Shown here in pieces: positions 38,972-48,776 of a stretch of 64,000 nt of DNA. The notes beneath the pieces are model-generated. The model was not told the DNA's origin. It did no database searches and was given only the letters and a program-made list of their open reading frames with translations. The stretch covers positions 1,888,001-1,952,000 of the forward strand of contig OZ241883.1 in assembly GCA_965203445.1 (NCBI GenBank). Direction: 5' to 3'. How positions within the stretch are numbered: position 1 is the first letter of the stretch; every line of letters starts with the position of its first letter. Made by a program: the position numbers and the translations under genes. The DNA comes from Candidatus Oxydemutator sp. (GTDB lineage: Bacteria > Pseudomonadota > Gammaproteobacteria > Poriferisulfidales > Oxydemutatoraceae).

Positions 38972-39399
38972 ACTACCCGTTCGTGCTTGATGCTTCGGTG
39001 GCGTTGTCGTGGCTGCTGCCGGACGAAAGTAACGCGGCCGCGGACTCGCTGCTTGATGAAGTCATCCTGCAACCGGCCTTGGCCCCGGCGCTGTGGTCGT
39101 TCGAGATGAACAACGCGGTGCTCGCGGCGCGTCGCGCCGGGCGCATTGACGAGACCATGCACGAACGGCTGCGTGGCCACGTGGCCGTCCTGCCGGTCGA
39201 GTTCGACGCGATTTTTTCGCACGCGACGATGGAAAAGGCCGCGTCTCTTGCGATGCGCCACGACTTGAGCGTGTACGACGCCGTTTATCTGGAACTGGCG
39301 GCGCGCCGCTCGCTGCCGCTGGCCACGCTGGATCGCGCCTTGGCGAACGCCGCGCGCGCCGAGCGGATCGCCGTGTTGCCCGCGGCCGTCCCTCGATAG
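38968..39399 (+). CDS. vapC: VapC / PIN-domain toxin
   Basis: VLDASV, E..N, LSVYDAVYLELA, LATLD; overlaps antitoxin stop. Confidence 0.9.
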   Translation: MNYPFVLDASVALSWLLPDESNAAADSLLDEVILQPALAPALWSFEMNNAVLAARRAGRIDETMHERLRGHVAVLPVEFDAIFSHATMEKAASLAMRHDLSVYDAVYLELAARRSLPLATLDRALANAARAERIAVLPAAVPR

Positions 39400-39402
39400 C
39401 GT

Positions 39403-40446
39403 TCAAACGAGCAACTTCCACGACAGCGGGGTTCCGCGCGCGACGTCGCAGGCGACGCTCCTGCCCAACACTTCGTCCAGGTGTTTCGGCGCCAAGCCGC
39501 GCCCGGGGCGGATGCTGCGCACGTTGTCCGCCGTAAGCGTCTCGCTGGCGCGCACGTCCTTAACCACATAGAGCGAACGGCGGAATTGCAGCGCGTCGCG
39601 CTCGCCGGTTTTCACCCCGTAGGCGACCTTGCCGGCGCACTCCCACGCGGTTTTTACGCCGCGGCACAGTTTTTTCAGGGCCGCCGGCTCCAACGAGAAA
39701 CTGTCGTCCGGGCCGCCGTCGTCGCGGCTCAGCGTGAAGTGTTTCTCGATGATATTGGCGCCGAGGGCGGCCGCGGCGATTGCGGTGGCGTCGTCCGTAG
39801 TGTGGTCGGACAGGCCGACGGGAACGTCGAAGCGCCGCGCCATGTCGGCGATGACGCCGAGGCTGTAGTCGCCGGGAGCCGCGGGGTAGGCGCTTACGCA
39901 GTGCAGCAGCGCGAGTTCGCGGCACCCGGCGGCGCGCGCGGCGGCCACCGCCTCCTCGATCTCGCCGAGATCGGAGGCGCCGGTCGACAGGATCAGCGGC
40001 TTGCCGGTGGCCGCGGCGCGACCGATCAGCGCCACGTCGCCCAGCTCGAACGACGCGATCTTGTAGGCCGGAACCGCAAGCCGCTCCAGATACTCCACGG
40101 CGCTTGCGTCGAACGGCGAACTGAACGCGGTCAGCCCCAGTTCGCGCGCGCGCGCAAACAGCGGTTCGTGCCATTCCCACGGCATCTGCGCCCACGTGTA
40201 TAGTTCGTAGAGCGATTTGCCGCTCCACAATCCGCCGGCCTGAAACTCCGGCGCGTCGCAATCTATGGTCATCGTGTCGGCGCGGTAGGTCTGCAACTTG
40301 ACCGCCTCGGCCCCGGCCTCGGCGGCCACCTCGACCAGCCGCAACGCCCGCTCAAGGCTGCCGTTGTGGTTCGCCGACAACTCGGCGACGACGTACGGAG
40401 GATACCCGCGGCCAAGCCGACGCTGATTGATGGCGATGGAATGCAC
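39403..40446 (-). CDS. pseI: Pseudaminic acid synthase (NeuB family)
   Basis: AELSANHNG, KLQTY, PWEWH, YKIASFE, GLSDHT, IEKHF, GPDDSFSLEP, C-terminal SAF domain. Confidence 0.88.
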   Translation of the reverse strand: MHSIAINQRRLGRGYPPYVVAELSANHNGSLERALRLVEVAAEAGAEAVKLQTYRADTMTIDCDAPEFQAGGLWSGKSLYELYTWAQMPWEWHEPLFARARELGLTAFSSPFDASAVEYLERLAVPAYKIASFELGDVALIGRAAATGKPLILSTGASDLGEIEEAVAAARAAGCRELALLHCVSAYPAAPGDYSLGVIADMARRFDVPVGLSDHTTDDATAIAAAALGANIIEKHFTLSRDDGGPDDSFSLEPAALKKLCRGVKTAWECAGKVAYGVKTGERDALQFRRSLYVVKDVRASETLTADNVRSIRPGRGLAPKHLDEVLGRSVACDVARGTPLSWKLLV

Positions 40447-40636
40447 GTTGCTCTCGGGGCGGCCTTAAAAGCGGCTTGGGGCGCCCGGGGCGGCCTGAGT
40501 CGGCCTGCCTCGGGGCAGCCTCAAAGAATTATACTCCGGCCCATCAACATGGCACCAGAAAGGACTCGCCACCGCCGGCCCGTTGCTGATGGAAGGCAAG
40601 GGTGCGCGTTTGTCCAGAATGTTTCTGGCCCTATAC

Positions 40637-41000
40637 ACGCTGTTTTCAACGGTGGTGCACGGACAACACTTTGCGCGATCTGTTGGTGGACCTGGCCAAC
40701 GACTTGCGCAAGGAAGGGGCCGTGGACGAGAGTGAGTGTTTTATTGACGGGATGTTCCCCCCGGCCAAAGGGGTCGGCGCGGAGATAGACGGGACCGAGC
40801 GCGGGAAAGGCGTCAGAATCATGGCCATAGTGGATCGGCATGGTCTGCCGTTGTCGGTCAGTACGCACGCGGCGAACCACCACGAAGTGACCTTGGTGCG
40901 GTTGAGTTTTGACTTTTACATGATAGAAGCGAAGCCGAAGAACCTGATAGGGGATTGCGCTTATGATGGCGACGGCTTGGATGAAGATCTGCGCGCTTGA
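40637..41000 (+). pseudogene. Truncated, diverged copy of the IS5 transposase
   Basis: Collinear with about 22554-22914 (NTLRDLLVDLANDLRKEG...MIEAKPKNLIGD); both ends and inverted repeats absent. Confidence 0.9.
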
Positions 41001-41001
41001 A

Positions 41002-41044
41002 ACCCTTCCCTCTGGGAGAGGGTGGCCGCAGGCCGGGTGATGGG
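41002..41044. repeat. REP-like palindrome of the CCCTCTCCC...GGGAGAGGG type
   Basis: cccttccc-tct-gggagaggg followed by tggccgcaggccgggtgatggg. Confidence 0.55.
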
Positions 41045-41160
41045 CTGCATTTCGCTTTTCGGGGTTTGCCTTCGCTCCAGCGCGGTTCAACGCCGGATGA
41101 CGTGTACGATGGGATTATCCCACGAATGACGGCACGGGACGGCGGTTGCCGTCTTTGTAG

Positions 41161-44100
41161 CTAATAATCGCACAGCCGTCCGTCCACCGTCATCAACAGC
41201 GACACCCGCAGCTTGCGCCCGGGGTACAGCTTGGCCACACCGTCCCGGTAGCACAGCATCTGCTCGCGACAGTCTTCGAGCAGTTTTTGCGGGTCGTAGC
41301 GGCGGTGGGTTTTGTAGTCCACGAGCCAGGCCGCGTCGGCGCTGACGCACAAGCGGTCAAGCGTGCCGAAGACTTGTTCGTCGTCGCGCTGGTAGAGCAG
41401 CGGCATCTCGTTGAACACGCGCTGATACAGCCCGTCCGTGAACAGCTCGGACAATCGCGGTTCGCGCACCAGCTCCCACGCCTCGCGCACCCAGGCGTCA
41501 AGCTGGTCATGCGGTTCGTGTCGTTCGTCGGCGAGGCGCCGCCGCAGCGCGTCGGGATCGCCGCAGGCGCACGTGTTCAAGAGTTCCAGAGCGCGGTGGA
41601 TGAGTGCGCCGCGCGCCGCGCCGTCTTCGTGTTCCGAACCATGGGCGTGGCCGGGGGCGCCGTCGCCGCGCCGCTCGATTCGGCTCGGGTTGCGCTCGAC
41701 CGCGATCCGAGGTGCCGCGACCTCCGTCGTCGGCGCCGTCGTCTCTTGCTCCGCGTGCCGCTCCTGAGTGGGCGCTTGGCGCGAGTGCGCGCCGATGCGC
41801 GCAAGCGCGTCGTCGCCGAGCAGGCCGTCGTCGCCGGCCGCGTCGCGCAGCCGTTGATACCAGTTCGCCTCGCTTGCCTTGCCGTTCGCGGACACGAACA
41901 GATACTGCTTCGCGCGCGTCAACCCTACGTAGAGCAGGTTGACGTCTTCGCGTTCCTCGTTCCGTTTGCGTTTTTCCACCAGTTCGCGCAACGCGCCGCC
42001 GCGCTCGCTGGCAACGGGCAGCAACGCCAAATCGCGCGGCCTCTCCTCGGCGGACGGCCAGTCCACCAGCGCCCCGTAGGTTTCCTTGCGCGATCTGCGA
42101 AAGGCGCAATCCACCAGGAACACGATCGGTGCCTCCAATCCCTTGGCGCCGTGTATGGACAACAGTCGCACGCAGTCGCCGTCGTCCGCCGCCGGCGCGT
42201 CGGCGCGCGCACCGGCGAGGCGTCTCGCGTTTTTCAGATGCGTGAGCAGGCGCGCGCAGTCGGGGTAGCGGCCGCTGTGCAGGTCGAGCGCGTATTCGAG
42301 GAACGAGTCGAGATTGCGGCGCACGCGCTCGCGTTCCTGCTCCGGCACCGACGCGCGGTAGCGGCGCACCAGGTCGGCCTCGTTATAAATCCGATCCAGC
42401 AGGTCGTGCGGCGGCAGCCGATCATACAGTCGTTCCCACTCTTCCAGCTGCTCGGCGATGGCATGCCACGGCGCGCCGCCGCCGTTCCCGCCGAGGCGCG
42501 CGAGCTTGTCACGCCAGCAATCGCCCGGCGCGCGAGCGATGGCAAGCAATTGTTCGTCGCCCAGCGAGTAAATCGGCGAGCGCAGCACCTGGGCGAGGGC
42601 GTCGTCGCGGTATGGGTTTCGCAGAAATTCCAGCAGTGCGATCAGGTCCGACGCCTCCAGGCTGGTCACAAAGTTTTGCTCGCGCGCGCTGACCGAGGGA
42701 ACGCCGGCGGTGCGCAACGCCTGCAAGAACACCGGATAATGCGTCGTCTGTCGCGCGAGTATCATCGCGTCGCGCCACTGAAACTCGCGCACTTGTTCGT
42801 GTTCTCTGATGGGAAGTCGGTTTTCCCTGAGTTGGACGATGGTGCGCGCGATTTCTTTCGCCTCGCGCCGCGCCGCGAACTGCGATTCCGCGAGCGGCTC
42901 CCGCAACGGGTTGCGCCATTCCTGCTGCGGCGCCTTTTCCGCCTGGTGCAACTCGAACACGCGCACGCCGCCGTCGGTGTCGCAAAACGTGTCGTGCGTC
43001 GCAAAACCGGCGGGCGCCGTCGGGCCTTCTTTTCCGGCGGCCCCGCCGAAAACGCGGTTGACGAACTCGATCACGGCGCGCGCCGAGCGGCGCGACTTGT
43101 CCATTGTCGGGTGCAGGCTGTCCGGACGTCTTTGCCGCAGCCAATCGTCGGCTTCGTGCTGCAATTCCGGGTCGGCTCGGCGGAAACCGTAGATGGACTG
43201 CTTGACGTCGCCGACGATGAACAGGCTGCCGCCCTCGCGCGACACGATCTCGCAGAGCAAGGGTTCCAGCAGGCGCCATTGGGTCGGATTGGTGTCCTGG
43301 AATTCGTCAATCAACACGTGCTCGATGCGGTTGGCCAGGCGTTCCTGCGGGTCGTGCCCATCGCGCAGCAGCCGTTCGCCCATGAACTCGAGGTCGTCGA
43401 AATCGAGCAGGCCGTTGTCGCGCTTCAGATCGGCGTATATGTCGCAAAGGCGCCTGCCGGCGCGCCACCACGCGGCGTTCAGCCGCTCGTTGTCGCGTCG
43501 CAGCAGGCGTTCGTGTACATTGCCGAGGTCCTCGACGAGCGCGCGATGTTCCAGGCTCAGCCGTGCCGCGTTTTCCTCGCCGAGCGCTTTGACCAGCGGT
43601 TTGCCGCCGGGTTCGCGGCGCGGTTTGCCGCCGGCTTGATAAAAGCATGCCCGCAATTCCACGAAGGCTGCGCGGTCTAGCGTCTCGCGCACCGCCAGCG
43701 CATGCAGCCGTTCGGCCCGTCGAAGATTGGTCTCCGTCTTGTGTCTTGCAATCAATTCGGCGTAGCCCGCGACGCGCGCGCGCGCCTGCTCGCTCCAGAA
43801 TCCCCCCAGCACTTCGGCGCAGCCGCCGCCATCCGCCGATTTCGGCCGCTCGCCGCCGCCTTGCACGTAAGCCTGCCAATCGTTTCGGTGCCGCAGAAAC
43901 TCCTCGAGCGCGCCGCGTGCGTTGTCTACCCCGTTGCACAGATCGAACAGCGTGTCGAGCGCGCGCGCGCATTCGTCGTCCCCGTGCGTGACTTCGGCGA
44001 ACAGCTGTTCCACCGCCTGCACGCGCAACAAGCCTTCGAGCGCCTCGGCCAGCTGAAAGTTCAGCGGCGCCTCGGTCTGCATCGGAAACAATCGCAGTAT

Positions 44101-44484
44101 CTGCTGACAGAAGGCGTGGAAAGTCGTGATCTGCACCGGTTCCGGCGCACGCAGCAGTTCCTCGTACAGGTTCATCGCGCGCGCGCGAACCGGCCCCGTA
44201 TCACGCGCGCCGATCTCGCGCAGCGACTTGCGCAGATCTTCGGCGTTCATCGCACTCCACTCCAGCAGCCGCGCCATCAAGCGCTCGCGCATCTCGTCGG
44301 CGGCCTTGTTCGTGAACGTTATCGCGAGAATCGAGGCCGGCACGCGCCGCTCCAACAGCAGGCGCAACAGGCGCGACACCAGCAGCCAGGTTTTGCCGGT
44401 GCCCGCCGACGCCGACACGACGCCGCTGGCTTCGGGCGCCAGGATCGCAAGGGCGTCGGTCGCGGTGTCTTTCGAGGTTTTCAT
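41161..44484 (-). CDS. addA: AddA/RecB-like UvrD helicase-nuclease
   Basis: ASAGTGKT, ITFTNKAA, DEFQDT, VGDVKQSIYGFR, HGAKGLE, YVGLTRA, C-terminal DRL..DYKT nuclease. Confidence 0.9.
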   Translation of the reverse strand: MKTSKDTATDALAILAPEASGVVSASAGTGKTWLLVSRLLRLLLERRVPASILAITFTNKAADEMRERLMARLLEWSAMNAEDLRKSLREIGARDTGPVRARAMNLYEELLRAPEPVQITTFHAFCQQILRLFPMQTEAPLNFQLAEALEGLLRVQAVEQLFAEVTHGDDECARALDTLFDLCNGVDNARGALEEFLRHRNDWQAYVQGGGERPKSADGGGCAEVLGGFWSEQARARVAGYAELIARHKTETNLRRAERLHALAVRETLDRAAFVELRACFYQAGGKPRREPGGKPLVKALGEENAARLSLEHRALVEDLGNVHERLLRRDNERLNAAWWRAGRRLCDIYADLKRDNGLLDFDDLEFMGERLLRDGHDPQERLANRIEHVLIDEFQDTNPTQWRLLEPLLCEIVSREGGSLFIVGDVKQSIYGFRRADPELQHEADDWLRQRRPDSLHPTMDKSRRSARAVIEFVNRVFGGAAGKEGPTAPAGFATHDTFCDTDGGVRVFELHQAEKAPQQEWRNPLREPLAESQFAARREAKEIARTIVQLRENRLPIREHEQVREFQWRDAMILARQTTHYPVFLQALRTAGVPSVSAREQNFVTSLEASDLIALLEFLRNPYRDDALAQVLRSPIYSLGDEQLLAIARAPGDCWRDKLARLGGNGGGAPWHAIAEQLEEWERLYDRLPPHDLLDRIYNEADLVRRYRASVPEQERERVRRNLDSFLEYALDLHSGRYPDCARLLTHLKNARRLAGARADAPAADDGDCVRLLSIHGAKGLEAPIVFLVDCAFRRSRKETYGALVDWPSAEERPRDLALLPVASERGGALRELVEKRKRNEEREDVNLLYVGLTRAKQYLFVSANGKASEANWYQRLRDAAGDDGLLGDDALARIGAHSRQAPTQERHAEQETTAPTTEVAAPRIAVERNPSRIERRGDGAPGHAHGSEHEDGAARGALIHRALELLNTCACGDPDALRRRLADERHEPHDQLDAWVREAWELVREPRLSELFTDGLYQRVFNEMPLLYQRDDEQVFGTLDRLCVSADAAWLVDYKTHRRYDPQKLLEDCREQMLCYRDGVAKLYPGRKLRVSLLMTVDGRLCDY

Positions 44485-44528
44485 ACGGCGGCAATGCGGG
44501 GATAATAGCAGGCCGCCCGCGAACGCCG

Positions 44529-46406
44529 ATGCCTAGCCGACCTCGAAAACAGCGGTACGACGCCGCCGACATAGAAATCCTGAGTGGCCTCGAACCGGTG
44601 CGCAAGCGCCCGGAGATGTTCACCGACACGTCCGACCCGACGCATCTCGTGCAGGAGGCGGTGGACAACGGCGTGGACGAGGCGCTGGCCGGGTACGCGA
44701 CGCGGGTCGAGGTGACGTTGCACGACGACGGTTCGGTCACGGTCGCCGATGACGGGCGTGGTATGCCGGTGGACCCGCACCCGTCGCGCAAACGGCCCGG
44801 TGTCGAGGTCATCCTGACGACGCTGCACGCCGGCAGCAAGTTCTCGGGGCGCCACTACCATTTCGCCGGCGGCCTGCACGGCGTCGGTATCTCGATAGTC
44901 AACGCGCTGTCGTCGCGCCTTGAGGTGCGCGTTAAGCGCGGCGGCAAGGAATACGGCATGGCTTTTGAGAGCGGGCGCCGGACCTCGGAGTTGAAGGTCC
45001 TGCGCGGCCTGAAAAAGCGCGACACCGGCACCGAGATCCGCTTTTGGCCCGACCCGGAATTTTTCGACGGGTCCGAGTTCCAGACCGACAAGCTGAAGAA
45101 CCTGCTGAAAGCCAAGGCCGTGCTATGCGCCGGCCTGACGACCCGTCTTTGCTCGGAGGACGCGGGCGAGCTGCAACGCTGCCGCTACGAGGACGGCCTG
45201 CGGCAGTATTTCACCGAGCGTTGCGGCGACGCCGCGGCGTTGCTGGAGCAGGATTTCTGCGGGCGCCACGAGTCCCAGGCGCAGGAGTTGCATTGGTGCC
45301 TGAACTGGTTCGACGCCGACGCTGGCGCGCCCGCCGAGAGCTTCGTCAATCTCGTGCCGACGCCGCAGGGCGGCAGTCACGTGTCGGGGCTGCGCACCGG
45401 GCTGACCGAGGCGCTACGCGAGTTCGCCGAGCTGCACAACCTGCTGCCGCGCGGCGCTTCTTTCGCGCCCGACGACGTCTGGCGGCGCATCGGCTTCGTG
45501 CTGTCGCTGAAGCTCGAGCAGCCGCGTTTCGCCGGCCAGACCAAGGAGCGTCTGGCGTCGAGAGAGGGCGGCGCGTTGACGCAAAAGCTGGTGCGCGACG
45601 CTTTCAGCCTGTGGCTCAGCGCGCAGCCGGCGACCGGCGGGGCGCTGGTCGAGCTGGTGCTGGAGGACGCGCAGGCGCGCAAACGCAGGAAGACGACGAA
45701 GCGCGCGCGCGTTTCCGGCCCGCGCCTGCCCGGCAAATTGGCCGACTGCCTTGCCGGCGACGTCGAGGAGTCCGAGCTGTTTTTGGTCGAGGGTGATTCC
45801 GCCGGCGGCTCGGCGAAGCAGGCGCGCGACAAGGCGTTTCAGGCGGTGCTGCCGCTGCGCGGCAAGATCCTGAACACCTGGGAGAGCGACACCGGCGAGA
45901 TCCTCGACTCGAAGGAGATCAACGACATTGCGACCGCGATAAACGTCGCGCCGGGCGGCGCCGACCTGAGCCGCCTGCGCTACGGCAAAATCTGCGTCCT
46001 CGCCGACGCCGACTCCGACGGCCTGCATATCTCGACGCTGCTGATCGCGCTGTTCCTGAAACATTTCCGCCCGCTGGTCGAGGCGCGCAGAATCTTCGTC
46101 GCGATGCCGCCGTTGTTTCGGATAGACGCCGGCAAAGACGTGTACTACGCACAGGATGAAAAAGACCGCGACGCGTTGCTGGCGAAGATAACCGGCGGAG
46201 CGCGGGTAATTCGCTTCAAAGGGTTGGGTGAGATGAACCCCGCGCAACTGCGTGAATCCACTATGGCGCCGGCGAGCCGTCGCCTGATGCAACTGACCTG
46301 CGACGACGATCCGCTGCCGTTGATGAACATGTTGCTCGAAAAGAAACGCTCGCCGGAGAGAAAGCGCTGGCTCGAGGCGGAAGGCGCACGCGCCGATCTT
46401 GTCTGA
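44529..46406 (+). CDS. parE: DNA topoisomerase IV subunit B
   Basis: GLEPVRKRP, LHAGSKF, GQTKERL, VEGDSAGGSAK, ILNTWE, DADSDG; 625 aa. Confidence 0.96.
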   Translation: MPSRPRKQRYDAADIEILSGLEPVRKRPEMFTDTSDPTHLVQEAVDNGVDEALAGYATRVEVTLHDDGSVTVADDGRGMPVDPHPSRKRPGVEVILTTLHAGSKFSGRHYHFAGGLHGVGISIVNALSSRLEVRVKRGGKEYGMAFESGRRTSELKVLRGLKKRDTGTEIRFWPDPEFFDGSEFQTDKLKNLLKAKAVLCAGLTTRLCSEDAGELQRCRYEDGLRQYFTERCGDAAALLEQDFCGRHESQAQELHWCLNWFDADAGAPAESFVNLVPTPQGGSHVSGLRTGLTEALREFAELHNLLPRGASFAPDDVWRRIGFVLSLKLEQPRFAGQTKERLASREGGALTQKLVRDAFSLWLSAQPATGGALVELVLEDAQARKRRKTTKRARVSGPRLPGKLADCLAGDVEESELFLVEGDSAGGSAKQARDKAFQAVLPLRGKILNTWESDTGEILDSKEINDIATAINVAPGGADLSRLRYGKICVLADADSDGLHISTLLIALFLKHFRPLVEARRIFVAMPPLFRIDAGKDVYYAQDEKDRDALLAKITGGARVIRFKGLGEMNPAQLRESTMAPASRRLMQLTCDDDPLPLMNMLLEKKRSPERKRWLEAEGARADLV

Positions 46407-46424
46407 TGTCCGCGCCGCCGCATT
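46381..46424 (+). repeat. Left copy of 44-bp direct repeat (parE 3' end)
   Basis: 41/44 identical to 49732-49775. Confidence 0.93.
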
Positions 46425-46518
46425 TGCGGTTTTGGGGGTCGGTGCAGCGCCGCTGCATTGAGTGTCTTGCGTTATCATAGTGTGTGGCGATGCTTATCGA
46501 ATGCCCGCCGCGCGAACC

Positions 46519-47637
46519 ATGCCGGAAGAGAATCCACATATGACTGCCGCGTCGGACGCTGAGCAAACCGAGCAGGTTGAAGGTCTGGGGGGAGATCAGC
46601 TTGGTTTATTGGGTGGCTACCCGATAGACGCCTTGATGATCCGCACCGAGGCTCGTACGGTACATGACGTATTGCGCCGAATAGAAAAGGGCATGTTCGT
46701 CATGGACCCCGATTTTCAGCGTGACTTTATCTGGAACAAAGACAAGCAGAGCAAGCTGATCGAGTCGGTCATGATGAGAATCCCTCTGCCGGTGTTCTAT
46801 CTGGCCGAAGACGACAATGGACGTATGGTGGTGGTGGATGGTCTACAAAGGCTTTCGACTTTTCAGCGTTTTGTGAACAATGATCTTCGTCTCAAGCTTC
46901 CAGAGCATTCAGAATTGGACAAACAACACTTCCGGGATTTGCATCCCAAGCTCCAGAATCGCGTCGAGGATTGCAACCTGATCCTCTATGTCATTGATGC
47001 CAAAGTTCCCGAGCAAACCCGCCTGGACATCTTTGAGCGCGTCAACAGCGGCGTGCCTCTGACTCGGCAGCAGATGCGCAACTCCTTGTACATGGGGGAG
47101 GCGACGCGATTTCTGAAGAAGCAATCCCAAGAGGAAATCTTTGTCAAGGCAACCGGAAGCAGCCTGAAGTCCTCGACGATGAGAGATCGTGAATTTGTCA
47201 ACCGGTTCTGCTCGTTTCAGATCCTGGGGCTTGAGGATTACAAAGACATGGATCAGTTTTTGGCGGCCGGCCTTAAGAAAATGAATGATCAGCAGGCTTC
47301 TTTGCCGGCGTTGTCCTTGCAGCTCAAGACCACGCTCGAAAACAATTACCGCCTGTTTGGTAGGCATGCTTTCAGGAGACATCGTCGAGACCAGGAGAGA
47401 CGCAGCGTGATCAATGCCTCTCTTTGGGACGTAATGTCAACGGGTCTTTCCCGCTACCCGCAGGGACTGGTGTTGAGCAAGGCCGATGAGATGAGGAGCG
47501 CGTTTTACCGACTCATAGAGAATGAGGAATTTGTGCCCGCGATCATGCACAGTACCAGCAATATCAAGCGGATAAAATGCCGTTTCTCGATGGCCGACGC
47601 GATGTTCAAAGAGGTGTTCGGTGCTGACACGGCTTGA
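46519..47637 (+). CDS. DUF262 (ParB/GmrS-like) protein, Menshen NsnA-like; alternative start 46540
   Basis: PDFQRDFIW, SKLIES, PLPVFY, VDGLQRL, IFERVNSG. Confidence 0.85.
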   Translation: MPEENPHMTAASDAEQTEQVEGLGGDQLGLLGGYPIDALMIRTEARTVHDVLRRIEKGMFVMDPDFQRDFIWNKDKQSKLIESVMMRIPLPVFYLAEDDNGRMVVVDGLQRLSTFQRFVNNDLRLKLPEHSELDKQHFRDLHPKLQNRVEDCNLILYVIDAKVPEQTRLDIFERVNSGVPLTRQQMRNSLYMGEATRFLKKQSQEEIFVKATGSSLKSSTMRDREFVNRFCSFQILGLEDYKDMDQFLAAGLKKMNDQQASLPALSLQLKTTLENNYRLFGRHAFRRHRRDQERRSVINASLWDVMSTGLSRYPQGLVLSKADEMRSAFYRLIENEEFVPAIMHSTSNIKRIKCRFSMADAMFKEVFGADTA

Positions 47638-48775
47638 GCTGAGCCTCTTCAAATGTTTTAAGCGACTGCGGCTGCCCTTGGCGCCGCTGACCCTTCTGAC
47701 CGGGGCGAACGCCTCCGGCAAGTCGTCCGTCTTGCAGGCCCTGGTGCTGCTGCACCAGACTATGCGCGAACACGAATGGGCGACGCGGCTTGCGCTCAAT
47801 GGAACCGTAGTCCGGTTGGGCGCCACGCCGGACGTCGTCAACGAGGTGTTCGGGCGGGGCGGCTTCGAGATCATGTTGACGGATGACGAGAATGACTACG
47901 GCTGGACGTTCGAGGGAGACAGGCGCGACATGTCTCTGGCGGTTCGGCGCGTCGTTGTCAATGAGCAGGCGCTCGAGACGCCACGTGAGTTGCGCTACTT
48001 GTTGCCCCTCGACAAAAAATTGGAAGAGGCGGTCGCATCGCTGGTCGGGCGCTTACACGGCTTGACTTATATCACTGCCGAACGGGTGGCACCTCAGGAG
48101 GCGTACGCCCTCGAGGATCCGCTGGTCGTGAACGTCGTGGGGCCTAAGGGGGAGCACGCGGTGAGCGTGTTGCATTGGGGGCGCGATGCAGACGTGCCGG
48201 ACGCTCTTGCTTTGCCGGAAATTCCCCCCAGACGATTTCACCAGATCGAGGCGCGCATGCGAACTTTCTTTCCGGGCTGCTCCTTGGACGTACAACGGGC
48301 GCCGCGCACAGGCGCCGTGACTTTGGGTTTGCGCACGTCGGATGACACGGAATTCCACCGCCCGGTTCACACCGGATTTGGCCTTACGCAGTGCCTGCCC
48401 ATCGTGGTGGCCGCCCTGTCCGCGTCCAAAGGCGATATTATTTTGATAGAAAACCCGGAAGTGCATCTCCATCCCGCTGGCCAAGCGCTGATGGGGGAGT
48501 TCATGGCCGAGGTCGCGAGTGCCGGAATGCAGATATTCGTCGAGACGCACAGCGATCACGTGCTGAACGGCGTTCGGCGTGCGGTTAAACAAGGTCTGCT
48601 GGCTCCGGATCAAGTGGCGACTCATTTTTTCCGCCCGCGTTCCGCCGGCGACCCCCAGGTAATCAGCCCCGCAATGGACGCTTTCGGCAACCTCGACTCC
48701 TGGCCGCAAGGGTTTTTCGACCAATTCGACAAGGATGCAAACTATTTCGCGGGCTGGGGGGAAGAAGGAAACTGA
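47621..48775 (+). CDS. ABC/AAA ATPase with DUF3696-like C-terminus, Menshen NsnB-like
   Basis: FKCF, Walker A GANASGKS, GFGLTQ, IENPEVHLHP, ETHSDH, WPQGFFDQ. Confidence 0.85.
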   Translation: MLTRLELSLFKCFKRLRLPLAPLTLLTGANASGKSSVLQALVLLHQTMREHEWATRLALNGTVVRLGATPDVVNEVFGRGGFEIMLTDDENDYGWTFEGDRRDMSLAVRRVVVNEQALETPRELRYLLPLDKKLEEAVASLVGRLHGLTYITAERVAPQEAYALEDPLVVNVVGPKGEHAVSVLHWGRDADVPDALALPEIPPRRFHQIEARMRTFFPGCSLDVQRAPRTGAVTLGLRTSDDTEFHRPVHTGFGLTQCLPIVVAALSASKGDIILIENPEVHLHPAGQALMGEFMAEVASAGMQIFVETHSDHVLNGVRRAVKQGLLAPDQVATHFFRPRSAGDPQVISPAMDAFGNLDSWPQGFFDQFDKDANYFAGWGEEGN

Positions 48776-48776
48776 C

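Noticed and set aside
40637-41000. Directional C-to-T mutation between the two IS copies as proof of a repeat-induced process
   Set aside because: Differences run in both directions by eye; this needs a proper alignment and more copies.
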